Part shown: positions 1 to 13,680 of the stretch, piece after piece
Layout of the letters: each line of letters opens with the position of its first letter
How positions within the stretch are numbered: the first letter of the stretch is position 1
Origin: Vicugna vicugna
Lineage: Eukaryota
Assembly: GCA_013265495.1 (NCBI GenBank)
Contig: MU058781.1
Location: 7,483,009 to 7,547,008, forward strand
Direction of reading: 5' to 3'
DNA length: 64,000 nucleotides
The notes under the pieces: generated by a model
Told to the model about the DNA's origin: nothing
Databases searched by the model: none
The model's input: only the letters and a program-made list of their open reading frames with translations
Made by a program: the position numbers and the translations under genes

Positions 1-3000
1 CTGGCCCATAAATAAGGTAATGTAAGGAGATTGTGGAGACAAATCTCAAGTCTTTCATTCACTGATCAAATATTCACCAAGTGGCTGCAATGAGCCAACT
101 CTTGACCCAGGACCCAGGGTCGCAGAAAGCTCAGCTGCCCAGCCCTGTGACTGCCCGGGCAGTGGTGGGGACCCCAGGATGCCTGACCATGGACAGCTCT
201 GGCATGAGCTCTGTAAATGCTCAATAAGTACTGTTTGGTTGATTAGTTTATTACTTTCCCTGATGAGTTAGTTTTGCTGCAGAATCAGAACAGCTGGGGT
301 TAATAAAAGAAAAGTTTAGTTTTGAGAGGGGCACAAAGCTACATCTACTAATTATAATAAAATATTAAAAATCTACTTAGGGTAATATAGTTATGAACAT
401 GAAGTGCATGCTAATGTGAGATTCGTTTTGATGTGAAGCATTTTCAAAATCAGCTATCTATCCTCAGAGTGGCCAGAATAGCAGTCCAGAGACGGACAAG
501 GAGCATTTCAAATTCAGCAGTATGCTTTCTTATTGGCCCAGGGATGGCAATAACACCAGCAGCAGCTGGTGAGAATCTGGGTCTGTTCTGACTAGATCAT
601 GCTGCCTGAGAGTCTAATTTTGCCTCAGAAATGGTCTAATTTTGCTCACAGTGGAAAAAGTGGTATATTCCTTCAGTGTCAACAGACCAGATTGCATCTC
701 CAGTTTGTTTGATGGGAGAACTTGGTTCGGTTCCCAGACATGGCTCTCCTTCATGGATCACTGAATTACGCTAAGTGTTTTGAACAAAGTCAATTTCAAA
801 ACATACTGCTTTCCTCCCAAACCTTGGAATTTCTCTTCATACCAAAGTTCCAAGAGCTAATGTTTGTAGGAAGAGAACGTCCCACAAATATAAGTAGTTG
901 GCAGCAGCTTTGTCTCTAAATAGGTAAACCTTAAGAACCCTTCAGGATTTAACGTTTTAGGTTTTTTATGGTGAGTCTTAGATGCTCTCATGTTGTGAAA
1001 TTTATGCAGAGGTATGTGTGTGATAGATCTATAAGCTAGTAGATTAAAAAACATTGTGTTCTTTCTATCAAAAAATATCCTACATTTGGATATTTAATGC
1101 TTTGGCTTTCAGTGAGGAAACACATTTTCTTGATTATGTCCCTTCCTATTTCTTCAGGAAGTAGCAATACGTAAAAGGGCTTATTTCTGCTATTTTTTTA
1201 CTTAAGAATATTTCCAACTGCGAGCCCATTGCCTATTTCTGATTCACTTAGTTTCAAACTCTCTGGTCCTGAGGGACAAGCCATGAAGGAAACCAGGTTG
1301 GAGAATGACCAGAGAAGAACTTGCAGCCTCCTGGAGCCTGGGTCCTTCTGTGAATGAGGAACCCTTTCCTCCCAGCACGCGCTTCTCTGTGCAGCTGCCT
1401 GTGGCTGTGACAGGTCCGGGAACCTTGCTTCAGGCAGACTGCGTCCCACTAAGAACCCGACTTTCTTAAACATGAACCTGGAATGTTTAGTAGATGATGT
1501 ACCTTCGCTTCCAGTACATCCCCCAGGAGTGCAGGACTGAAGGAGAAGGATGGGGAGAATTGATGAGCAGCTCTGTTTACGCTCTATTGATGGACTGATC
1601 TGTCACACCCGCTTGGAGGTGATCTGAGCTCCTGCCCACACAGAGGGGTCTTGGCAGCGGCTCTAGCACTAACAAGTCTGAGCTGAGCTCAGCTTCAGTC
1701 TGGCTGGAATGTGCAGCTGTGCTACCTGGGTTCTCAGGGAGAACCAGCTGGGGTCTCCCCTCACTGGCCCTTGATCTTGTGGGAAGGGGTGGGGAGGACA
1801 GTAGGGAAGTGATGATCATGCTGAAAGGAAGCCCCATGGGAGATTTTTAGGGAGAAGAGCCTGTTCCTCTTTCCCTTTGCTACATTTTTTCTTTCATCCC
1901 ATCTGGTCCCCAAGTTTCTGGTCCTTTTGCTTTCTCTTTAATTTTTAACAGTCCAAGAAAATGTGGCACTTAGCTGTATTGTGTGATAAATAAAGATTTT
2001 TTTTAATGAATTGCCTGCTCCATTTGGTGTTACCCAAAGCAAGTGTTTCCTTTCTGGGTAATACCTGAAGGTAGGATTTTACTCAATCCTGTTTCTGAAA
2101 TCTGCTGAATATTACTAGCTCATCTTTGGAATTTCTGGTTGGACAGGGCACAGGCATCAGGGGAGAAGCCTGTAAACCAGCCTTAATGATGGTAGAAAGG
2201 CTTTGGCGTGTGATAGAAAGCCCGCCTTGTCATGCACATTTTGCTGTGCTGGCTGTTCCCTGATGACTTCTTCGGATTGAATAAAGCCAGCTACAGAAGT
2301 GGGTGAAGCTATCCCTCACATTGACATTTAATTTACCTAGGAGTACAATAATCTGAGAAAGAATCAAATACTTGAAAATTTTGCTTCAGTGAGCAAAAGC
2401 TAAGTGTTTGTAACATATCGAAAAGTGATACTCTTCTTCGGAATTTAAAAAGGGTGACAGGTTCACTGGCTAAGAACAAAAGGAAAGAACAAAACTCTTC
2501 TTTGGCACATTTGCAATTACAAAATTGGAGAAAATCTGGTGTTTTGCACATTGTGATGCTATTTTATCAGCTTCAGTTTGATAGAACAATGTCATTGAGG
2601 TCTAGAAAAAGGACGTGGTGGCAAAGCCTAAAAAAGGAAGGGTATTTTTAAGTGTATTACAGAGAAGGAAGCAGCTGGACTTAATAACTAATGATATGTG
2701 GGAGGTGAAAGTATGTTGAATCTTGTACCGAAGTTTCATGATCAGAGAAAGGGCGGGTAACGTTGCTGTCCAAATCAAAATAACCCTCTATAATTAGCTA
2801 CACCTGTGCTAAAAATCATGCTCACGGACTGTTCCCAATTTATTGAAATTTATGACCATGCGATATGTGAGTAACAGTTACTACGGAACCAAGATCAACA
2901 TGTTCTCTATGAACAAAACTGAATTTATATTTTATTCATGTTTGTGCTCTCAGGATCTAACAAGATGTCTGACAACTAATTGGTGTTCAAAATGCTGAAT

Positions 3001-3806
3001 ATACAGGTGAAATTAGAAATCTGTGGCCTGCTTCAGCTCTCTGATTTTCCTTTACAATATGTTTGGCTTTGTTCAATTGTTTGTTTGCTGTAATGAATTG
3101 AGTGAATACTGGTTTATTGAACTCTACCACCTTATGTCATATTTTTTGCAATGCATTAATAACCACGCATTTAGAAATTAATACCTGCTTCAGGCTTACA
3201 AGGTAGTCATCATGATGAAAAATGGGAAGTTTGAGTGAAATGACCAAATATCCAGCATGGTAGGACCATGGCCAGTGCTGTGTCTCCTTTGTGTATGCGT
3301 TTCATGACCTTTGTGTTTGTGTTTTAAGACCACATGATAATTTAGATTCATGTTCCCAGATTATATGAGCAGGCATTCCAGCCACTACTCCATCACACAG
3401 TGCTTCCCCTCCTATTGAAAGTCTTTCCATATATCTTGGATCCCCAGAGGTGGTTTGTGGTGGCATACCCCGCTGTCCCAGAATGTCACGTAGTCTCTCC
3501 CCCAACTCTTGTGAAGATAAGTAACTGGAGTTCTGCAACAGACTGGCATATTTCTAATATAGCCAAAATCTATGTAAAATACAAATAGATGTAAAACTAC
3601 TCCAAATCAGGAATGTTGGCTCGTTATGTGTGAGATGTGCAATTCAGTAGCAGTGCCTTCTTGTCTCTTACCTAACTCTATTTTGGCTAAAAAAGTAATC
3701 CACCTAAGGCATGAGGTATCTGATGCAAAAAGACTTGAAACTGGGCTGGACAAAGAGTTTCAAAGGATCCTTGGCCCTAATTTACTACAGCAATGTAAGA
3801 AAGATT

Positions 3807-4015
3807 GAGAGCAAGGGCTTTGGAGTCAGACAAACCAGTGTTGTCCTTAACCTTGTCACTGCGTAGCTTTGTGATGTTGGATAAATTATTTAACCTCTTT
3901 ACGTTTCAGTTTTCTTGCACATAAATTGAGAATAATATTACCTTAATAGCATTGTTTTCAGGGTTAGATGAGGTGATGCTTAAAAGGCACTTAACAGAGC
4001 ATCTGGAAAACAGTC
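3807..4015 (+). mobile_element. MIR SINE, near full length
   Basis: GGGCTTTGGAGTCAGACA...TGTGATGTTGGATAAATTATTTAACCTCT...CAGTTTTCTT matches the MIR head and core. Confidence 0.85.
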
Positions 4016-5367
4016 ACTGATTACAGAGTGTACATCATCATCACCTCTATCATTGTTTCACCGTGACCTAGACCTCTGAGAATTCCCAGCAGTACCGTGG
4101 TAGCTTGAGTCTGAGTGTGTAGACTGAAAGAGTTTTCTGGAGATGGAAAAACAGAAGGGCTGCCTCAGATGGTAAGGTCATCTTGGGTCTCCTACAGTTA
4201 CCACCACACACACCAGAGGAAGACGCTTCCTGGGCCAAACCTTCTAAAGGGGTAGGAGCACAAATGGCCACTCTGCCCTGGTTATTTTCCTGGAACTTTG
4301 GTGTCTGTGATTTATAGAATGATACACAAAACACCAAGAACAAAAAAGAGCCCCATTTGGGCATCATCCATAAATTGAACCAAGGAAGTAACCATGAGAT
4401 CAGTTTGTAAAATGGCCAACCCATTTCAAGAACTAAAATAAAATTTATAAGCACAGCTTAAGCCCATCAACTACTTGCCGTGTACAGATCAATTTTTAGT
4501 GACAGAAATCTGTGGACAATGGTAATAATTTCTTGAAGACCAGAGAGAGGAGAAAAAAAAAAAAACCTTCAAGGAGGCCTTATAATAAGAAAACCTTAAA
4601 AATGAGAATGATCTGAAAGTGTTTTTACTCAGTGTCTTTTATGCAAACTACACTAATTAATCTCATACAAACATGGATATTTTTGTAAAGCATAAGCCCA
4701 AGTGCCATTTTATGACCATGTAATTTACAAGTCCTCAAATTACATTAAAATCACCACACACAGTGTTTACAGTTTAATTACATGGTTATTTACCATTCCC
4801 AATCAAGTGTTATTCATTCAGTACCTCTTTGCCTGATCTTACCTAAAAAAGAAAACACTTTTTTTTTGCTGGATGTGAGTGGTAAACATTCAAGCATGCT
4901 AGTGCTTCAAAGCAACAAAAATGTAATTTTGGAGTCAACAAACTCCACTGACAGAGATTTCAAAGAACTTCCAGGGGAAGAGAGAATAGAAAGAGATCAA
5001 CATTTTACTAAAATAGAATTTCTTTGGTTGTTTCAGTTCTACTTTAAAAAAAAACAAAAAACAAAACTATCACTATTCACTGCTCATTCTTTATGTAAAG
5101 CCAACTGGGTCTATTATCTGTTTTTTTACGTTACAAAGTGATATAGTTCTTTAGTCAAGAAGTGCTTATAGAGTGCCAAATGTGTTCTAGATGCTGTGGT
5201 AAGAATAAGGGTAAAAAATAAAGCATGGGCCCTTGATAGACTCAGACTGGATATCTACTAAGTGTGTTATATGTATTTCGACATGTAGGCGATACTTTTA
5301 GTCTTTGTCAGTTAACAATACTACCTGAAGTTAGAAAACTTCAGTACCACCATGGAATATCTGTTTT

Positions 5368-5490
5368 TTTGGGCAATTATGTAAACTTCCTGAGCCTTAG
5401 TCTTTTCATCTGTAAAATACAGAGGTGGGGAACATAATGATAATAATGCTAGTTTCTCCCTCCCAAATAGTGTGATTATAAAGAGGAAGT
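5368..5490 (+). mobile_element. MIR core fragment
   Basis: TTGGGCAATTATGTAAACTTCCTGAGCCTTAGTCTTTTCATCTGTAAAAT. Confidence 0.75.
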
Positions 5491-5730
5491 AAGGCTGAAA
5501 ACACCTGATTACTGCTTCATGATCTGCCTCTGCAGCTAATTCCCCAAACCCAGTTGAACTGAATCCTTATTTGCTTCCCTGTGTTGCGTAGCAACTCATG
5601 ATGCCTAACACCCCTATTACGGTATTAGACATTTATATCAGGAAACAGTTATTTGATAAATTAACTATGATGATGCTTAACTCCTGAGACATCATTTTGA
5701 ATTCTGTCCTTTGGGAACTCAAATTTTAAC

Positions 5731-5925
5731 CAAAGTGGTCCTCCTTGTGAAGTCCTCGGGCCACCTGCCTCAGAATTACTGGAAGAGTTTCTGAAACCGC
5801 CCTATTCCTTGAGCCCACTCCAGAGTTAATGAATCAGAATCTTTAGTAGTGGAACCCAGTCAGACACCTGGTTTTTAATAAGTTTCTCTGATAATTTTAA
5901 GCACACTAAAATCCAAGAATCACTG
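5731..5925. mobile_element. MER5-type hAT-Charlie DNA transposon
   Basis: CAAAGTGGTCC...GAATCAGAATCT...AAGAATCACTG, MER5A/B-like ends and internal motif. Confidence 0.75.
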
Positions 5926-5959
5926 TGTTGTATTTAATGGGATTGTTTGCAGATATTTC

Positions 5960-6075
5960 AGTTCTGTTCTTCCAGGCACGTGGTAGAATTCCACTTCTCT
6001 GCCCACCTGGAATTAGGTGTGCATATCACACCTGTTGGGGGCAATGAAATATGAATCAAAGTGACATACAAGTCG
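5960..6075 (+). mobile_element. Old MLT1 (MaLR) LTR fragment
   Basis: CACTTCTCTGCCCACCTGGAATTAGGTGTG...GCAATGAAATATGAATCAAAGTGACAT. Confidence 0.55.
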
Positions 6076-6451
6076 TGTGACACTGAATTGAAATAACACA
6101 TTTTGGATGACTTTATGTTTCTCATAATTTTAAAATTTTACTTCCCTTCTCCCATAATTAGAAAATCCTGATTTCCTGAACATGATTTAATGGTGGTGGC
6201 AAAAAGCATTAATGTACATCAGATGGTAAATCAATCCACGCTAGTCATTATGACATCACTTTTGATGAGCAAACCATTTAAATGTTTAACAAAGTCTTTA
6301 TTTTCTTTTTGTCTGAAATATGGAAGACACAAAAACATTAACATTGGAAGATTTTATATGATGTTTCTAATTGATCACACTAATTCATCTAAGTTAAGCT
6401 GAGTCTATACTTAGCAAATAGAAAGTGGAAATATTTGAGAGGAAAATAATT

Positions 6452-6675
6452 CATTTAATATACTGAGCACCTATCATGTATTACTCACTCTGCTGAATAC
6501 ATTTATATTTCATCACATTTAAGAATAGTCCTACTGACATTGTTTTTTACATCCTGAATGTGAACAGTTAAACTGTTTAAATAATTTTCCAAAGTTTACC
6601 AAATTAGAAATTGAGATTCAAATTGACATCTATCTGCCTGTTTGTCCAGCCCATAACCTTTCTACTGCATCACGT
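6452..6675 (-). mobile_element. MIR SINE
   Basis: ACTGAGCACCTATCATG ... TAAATAATTTTCCAAAGTTTAC ... GAGATTCAAA, a reverse-orientation MIR pattern. Confidence 0.7.
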
Positions 6676-7664
6676 CACCTTTGAAAAAGTCAGTCTTTCA
6701 ATATGTTGATGATTGATCTGGTTTCCCAATTAATTGTTCGGTCTTCATGGATGCTAATAAAATTTAGTTTTTTTGAATATTGAATCACAAAATTTAGAGA
6801 CCATGCATAGCATGCGTGTGATGTGTACCATACATCTGCATGTGTTTTCATGGTATATGTAAAATGGTACTTAAACTCTTCACCAGTTTTGCAATCCATT
6901 GCCTCCTTCTGTCTGCAATAGATGCAAGTGAAATGTTGCAAGCTAAACTAGGGTGATCACCTTTGCAAATTGTTGGCCCTAAGATATAGATACTTAGATG
7001 ACTTTCAATCTGGGGAACACATTAAACATATGATACATTATTACCATCCAAAAGTTATCTAAATAGGATGTGAAATACAAAATTATTTTAGATATTAAGT
7101 CTTCAGAGGAGCTTTGGAAGGATACACATAGAGGAATATAAGCCCATTTTGTCAAGTGAATTTTGATTATTGAGGCAAGAATGTACTTACAAATTCTACT
7201 CTATCTCTGTTACATTATGTTTGATTCTAAATTAGATAAACAAAGCATAAAGTCAGGATAGAGTTTAGTGTCTGGCAGAAAACTGGGGGAAAATTAAAAT
7301 AGGCACAGTTCTCACAGTTTCTGTGGAATACCTGTAACTGAGGATTTTCTTTTGGTCTGGCCGCAGAATAGTACACATTTATTGGGGTGTTATTTAGTTG
7401 TAAGTCCTCTAAATGATATATACACTATAAAGCATGTATGCATCAGACACAGACATGGCAGCTTAAGTACAAAACAGTGATAAGTATTAATATCAACCAA
7501 CTCAAGATCAATAATAAAAGATTCTTAATAGTGTAATCTGAATACTTTTTTTCTAAGTACTGTGTGTTTTATCAAATTGAATTTGTGAATAAGCTATTGT
7601 ACAGCTTGATTTGAACACCTTATCATTAAGAGAAGTTAGTATTTTATTCTAGTAAAGAAAAATT

Positions 7665-7810
7665 AGAGTTTTCAGAGCTGAAACACCGTAGAGGTGGTCT
7701 TTTCCAACTCTTTGATTTCACAAATGTGAGGAAACATATTCAGAAAATTAAATGGTTTGTCTAATGTCACTTAGCTAATAAACGGAAGAGACAGTGCTTG
7801 AATGACCTTT
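7665..7810 (-). mobile_element. MIR3/MIR fragment
   Basis: TTTCACAAATGTGAGGAAACAT...AAATGGTTTGTCTAATGTCACTTAGCTAATAA. Confidence 0.65.
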
Positions 7811-8894
7811 CTTGAAGAGCGCCCATTCAAGGCCACATTGACCATTAAAAGAGTAAGTAAAAGTAACAAAACAGCCTTTGTCAAAAAAATAAGTTAAAAA
7901 CTCACAATTACTTACATAAAGATCTTTTTCAAAGTTGCTTAAATCCATATTGGATGCTGTATAAATAGATACATCCCCAGAGAACTCACTGGATGTAAAG
8001 TGGTCTTATTTACACCTGCTATATTGGTTACTCCCCTGTGTATATTGAGTATGACACTAGGGCTGTTGCACCTCTGTACCTGAGAAAATAATAATTAATA
8101 CAAGTTTGCCTTTGCCAAAATTATACAGTGAGTAAGTGAAAGGCCTAGAATTCGTACTGATTCTAGAACACACGTCCTTTCTACCTGGTTACACTCTCTC
8201 ACCAAGATGGCTTAAAAGGACAAGAACCTTATAACACAAATCTGGTTAATAAAGAGATAGTATAATAAATACACTTCAAGCACACCCACAGAAAACTAAA
8301 GAAAAATATAAAGCGAGAAAGAAGTTGGAGTAAATATTGAGGATGGGAAGAGGTTGCGGGTAGAGCACAGGGAAATAAAATACAGTACAATAGGCTTTGT
8401 CGTTGTGGTCAGGCCTTTCATGAGCATTTAAGTATAACTCATTTCAAGAATCTCAACACTGTACAAAATGTTGAATATTACAGTCAACTTAGGAGTTACA
8501 GTAAAACCCCAAGGAAGAATTACAATTAACTTGATTCAGTTAGATTTCTCAAGGATCCCTGACTTTTGCTCTGGCTAACAGGAATCTTAATGAGACAATT
8601 AATATTTGCTAATACCTGCTTGATTAATTTAAAGGGTGTATATAATTATATAGAAGTGTGTATCTAGAAGTATGTGTTTTGTGTGTGCTCCATCTATCCA
8701 TGGCATTCGAAATTGAGCCTCAAAATACTTTGAAAGCAAAAAAGAAAATATCAGAATTCTCACTTCATAGATAAAAAATTGAATTTTGAAAAGTGTTCTT
8801 GGGAATAGAGACAAGGTAAATATCAGAAAATCAGGCTTAGGCATGAGCTAGACTATCAAAACTTTTATATAGTTAGATGAAGGAGAAAGTTTGA

Positions 8895-9298
8895 TGAATA
8901 TTTGTTAAAGTGCTAACCATGTGTCAGTCACTTTCAGTAAATTATCCCCTTACTCCTCACAGTCTTGGAGGGAACTGTTATTACCCCCGTTTTACAGATT
9001 AGGCCTCTAAAGCTCAACAAGAGTAAGTAATGACCAGAGGAAATGGTCCAGGTTGCCACGTACAGTTGTCTGGTTTATGTGCTGCATGGCAGCGTCTGGT
9101 AGCCGGGAGGAGCAAATTGGGACTGGTGTACATTTTGTTCTGCTTGCCCAGTGACGCCCCCGAATGAAAGGTTTTGTCATCCCAGAGAAAGGGTGTGCCT
9201 TTCTCTAATTTTCCCAAAGACCACAAGCCTCACTGAGTTACGGAATTAGAATTTGAGTCTGTGTATGTCTGGGCAAAGACCAGTCTCTTTCCACTATG
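8895..9298 (-). mobile_element. MIR fragments
   Basis: CTGTTATTACCCCCGTTTTACAGAT, then TTCCCAAAGACCACAAG...AGAATTTGAGTCTG. Confidence 0.65.
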
Positions 9299-12200
9299 TC
9301 TTGAAGCTTCTCCCACTAGAAGGATGAAATCAGAATGAGTTACAAGTAGTTGGTGCCCATCTCAGAATAAAAGGGCTGGGTGGTCTGAGTCTCAAGAGTT
9401 AGGACAATAATCTAAGTCTCCTCATGACTTTTCTCTTTCAGACAAAACGCTGACTGACCTGGAGATTCAGATAGGGGTAGAGTGGGAAAGGAAAAAAAAA
9501 ATATAGTTTTTGATTAGGTGGTTTCATTTGTATGATTTTCTAAAATATCAGTCACTATATAGTAACTCACTCTTTGTGGTAACACATAAATCTGTGACAA
9601 GAGAATCGGCACATGCCTGGCGCACAGTAGGCACTCAGTTCACATAATTACCAAATTGCACTAAATGAGTTACGAGGTTATCATTGCAGGAAAAGTGTTT
9701 GAGGATGGTGATGTAAAGAGACTTACCTTACCATTGATGCTAGAGATTTCCTTGACTAAAATTTAATGCAACGTGAGAACTATTACAACCGCAAAAGGAA
9801 ACGAAGCCTAAGGGAGGGGCTTGGCGGGCCTACTTTTTTCAGCCCTGGCCCCGTGGGGTTTTCTGTTTCCTCCAGAGGTCAGCAAATTCCTTAGAGGGGC
9901 ATAAGGCCCATGGGCAATCTACTCTGTCTTCAGTGCTTTGCGTGTAATAAGTGCTCTCTGCTCATAGTAGGTGCTTAGTGAATGCTGTTGAAGAAATAAT
10001 CATTTCTTTTTCCTCCCTCTCCTGATACTCATAGTCATAAAGTTCCCCTGTAAACATTCAGATATTTTTACTCTACTTTAGAAAAAGAAGTGGAAAGGAA
10101 CTACCAAGAAAGCCTACCTGGGCACGAAATATTAAAGAGCAATAGAAAGCAAACCCAGAAATGTCAAGAACTCAGAGAAGGATTATTACCAGGAGCTGAG
10201 GTTGCCAGAAGTCAGATTAAACCTTAAAAGTAGAGATGATGGGGACATGCAGGGCAAGAAGGAAGAACATCATGAGTCTGTGGAGGGGGCCCAGGGGGCC
10301 GTCAGAAGAATGAGTGTTCAAGGAAGGACAGTAAGAAGCTCTTGACCTGGAGTAGAAAATCCTCTTTACAGGTGCTGAAGATGAAACTTAGAACCTGAAA
10401 GCCACGGGAGCCTGAAACTTGACCTCAGCTACAGTGAGTGGAGTGGAGTAGGGTCCGGGTTAGGCCGCAGGAGGAGTTGAAGGCAGATAGTTTTTTGGGT
10501 TTTTTTTTTAACGTTTAAAACAAGATTTTAGAAAGATGACAACTTGGTTTACTTAATTTTGTTTATTCCACTTGGATTAAATACCTATATTTTTGGTGAT
10601 GGATTTTTAGGAGATGGTGCCTTATCTCAAAGCCAAGATGATAATCTAGGATAGGAGAAGTGGTTTTTGTTGCCCTTAAAATCACATCTTGGAAGGGGAG
10701 GTATACAGCAAGTATGTAAAACCTGTTGTAAATTTTCTTGAGTAGAATTAACGTGCTGGCGCACTGTGTCAGAGGTAAGGTGTGTACAGACGTGGTGGGG
10801 CGTTTCCTCCATCGGTAATGGCAACAGCTAAAAAGCCACATAAGTGGTTTCTGTTCAACACTTTCACTCCAGGCATCCTAGTCTTTGCCTTTCCGCTCTC
10901 CAGTCCTCCCAAAGCTATAATGGTTTTCACTTTTATAAGTTGATTTAAAGATAAGATGAATATGAATCAGTCTGGTCCCTGATCAGCAGTGTGTATCAAA
11001 TAATGCTGCTCTGTTGGCCCACTAGAAAACTATGTTGATTTAAAACCAGGTGTAATAAAATGAGTCCTAGCTTGGAAGGGTGGTACCCTGAGTTCTACTC
11101 CTGCCTCTGTTACTAATCCATCATGTGGTCTCTTTGTAGCGCTGGCGATGGGGATTAGAGCTGTTTGAGTTTAATTGACCTAATATATTAGACCTTCCAG
11201 TTTTGTCACTTAGGGGAAGATAATTCAGGTTTCTTCTCAGACCTGGTCTGTGGTGTATTGCATTTTCATTATAATATCAGTAACATGTGAAATGCCAGTA
11301 CTAAGTTAGAAGAACTGTAGATGCATTGCCATTAGGCATCAGATCTTTGTAAATTTTCTCTAGAGTCCCAGAAAGTGTGTTGCAACACACACGTTCCACG
11401 AAGCTAGTGATGACTGACCTAAGTTAAGATGCCTCTTCATTTTGTATTTTGTTGGATGCCCTTCCTTTCAGGAAAGGATGGAAGTATAAGCTTTAAGTTT
11501 TCTTAGGCAAAATAAGACCATAGACTCCTGAGCTGTGTATTTATCTCTCAGTAGACGTACAGAAAGAATTGATCTTTGGAATTGTTTAATTCAGCTTAAG
11601 GAACTGAAAGTCTTTTAGAGAAAGACCTGTTTGTTGCATGGGCAGTGTTTTGTGGGTGGAGAAGACTAGGTTCTTTTAGGATCATAGCCAGAAGGAATAT
11701 CTGTGTAAGCCTGGGGCTTAACAACAGAAAACTGAACTCTTATCTAGCTTCTGCCATTGTCTCTAATGCCCTGGACCAGTCTCCTTTGTCTTAGTTGCTT
11801 CATCTGAAACTTAAATAAGAGGAGTTCAAAACGGTGTGCTGGATCGTCTAGTTTTAACACTTTCTGCTTTGGAATCAATTCCATTTTTGTTGGGCAACAA
11901 AATAGATCTCGATAAAGCAGCTTTAACACAATTATGGTTGCTCTTAAAATGGGGTCCACTATCAACGTGCATTCAACCTGTTGGCTGTGGACCCTCCCAA
12001 ATGTCTCAACATGAACACCACTGTTGCTAAGGCCATATAGGATAAAGTAGGCCTCTCAGTACAAGTGTCAGTAGATTTCCTCGAATGCCACGGCCTGGAT
12101 GCATGCTCTGAACAGGTCAGAATGGCCCTTGTTGTAAATTGGTATCCTGTTTGGCCTCTGCTACCCAAGCCACCTTCAAGGGCTTTCAGATGGACTGTGG

Positions 12201-13680
12201 CCCACGTGGGCCTTGCTTTTCTTAGTGCAGGCCTTACGTGAAACCCTCGAGTACTTTCCGGCTGCTCACCTGCCCTATTCTTTCCTCAGCCACTTAACAC
12301 ATCAGAGGAATCACTGTGACAGGGTGGTTTGTCCAGATCACACTGTTTCTTTCTTAAGGCTTGATTGTCTTTTTTGCAGCACATTCCTGTGTGTCTGGCT
12401 CTACTGGCAACAGGGTGAATAGCGGGTTGGGGTTATATTCTTCCCGGAGGAAAGACAGATGACTGTGTGCTTTGTCTGGGTGGTTTGGTTGTTATTGTTC
12501 TCTTTCAACCTATTATTTTATCAACTGCTTTACTGCAGTTAGCTTGTCTACAGGTTTTACTTTCCAACAGAACTAATTTAATGTCCTTCCCATCTTTTGT
12601 GAGTGCATTGCCAGAGAAATATTTAACCTTATTAATGATGACTTAGATTCCACGATTGTTTAAGATAAAAGGAAAATGGCGATAGTCTTCTCTGGAAACA
12701 TAACCCCAGACCAGGGGGCTTTTAAGGTTGGTTTTTCCATTCTTCTCAGCTTTTATGGAGCACATGTGAAACTTAACCAGACAAGGATGATTTCCAAAGT
12801 GTGCCGGCACAGAGAGTCCAGTGTGAAGCAGAGCCTGCAAATGACTGAACAGATGTAGCAGGTGTAAACATGTTTCCTTATCTTGGATCCTGGATTTTAC
12901 ATCCTCCTCGAAGACTCTCTGTGCTGCAGAAAAGGGTTATCGGTACAGATGGTAAACTGCTAAAATGCCCAGAAGGTTCAAGCTCATGTGCGCTTGTAAA
13001 GAAGGGGAGGCGTGTGCGTTGTCCGACTCACAGGTGTTTGGCAGCCTCCAAATTACCTTCAGGTTTCGCAGTTTTACTTTGCTGGAACAGATGTCTTGGT
13101 TACGTGTTGGAAGTGTCCACTCCTTATGGTGTCCAAGTGTTTAAAATCGGAAGGAGTGTCCCGGGAGCGAGAGGGTGGAGCTGAGCTCTGGGCACACGGG
13201 CCCCCGCCGTCCTTGCGGACGGAGGCTCTGAGCCTCTCCTGTCTCTGGGCTGCTGCCACTGATTATTTCCTCTGGTTACTGGCTCCTTACTTTCCTGCTT
13301 TGCCGAGTTCTTGGACAATGTTTTTGGCACAAACACTTCATTATTCCTGAACCTTAAAGTCCCTTGTTCCTGTTTCTGTCTCTCTCAGCCTGTGGCAGCA
13401 ACAGGTGCAGACAGGCGATGACCGCATGCTTCAGGTGTTCTGCTAGAGCGGTTTCTGGGAAGTGAGCCCCAGAGCAGTCCTTCTGCTAAAGCCACAGACT
13501 AGCCCAGAAATTTGTCAGCTTCCTTTCCCAGAGCCGGAAACCTTGATCCTCTATGAAAAAAGCAGAGTAAAACCAAATTAGACTAATGTTAATGCCTGTG
13601 ACATTATTTAACCTGTTACGTTTGCCCTCCTGCAACTTATCTCTTCCCACTCTGAATAAAGAGTAACATTTCCTCAGAAG

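Noticed and set aside
612..646. Short direct repeat GTCTAATTTTGC x2 (similar pairs at about 16382, 19682 and 27869)
   Set aside because: Only two copies each, consistent with ordinary slippage duplications; no array or CRISPR-like repeat-spacer periodicity.
11375..11390. 16-bp perfect palindrome GTGTGTTGCAACACAC
   Set aside because: About one 8-bp-arm palindrome is expected by chance in 64 kb, and the arms are low-complexity GT/AC.
12860..12910. TGTAAACAT with a downstream TTTACAT, reminiscent of a miR-30 hairpin
   Set aside because: The match stops after 9 nt (miR-30 continues CC), and the remaining stem pairs poorly. It is more simply a forkhead GTAAACA motif.
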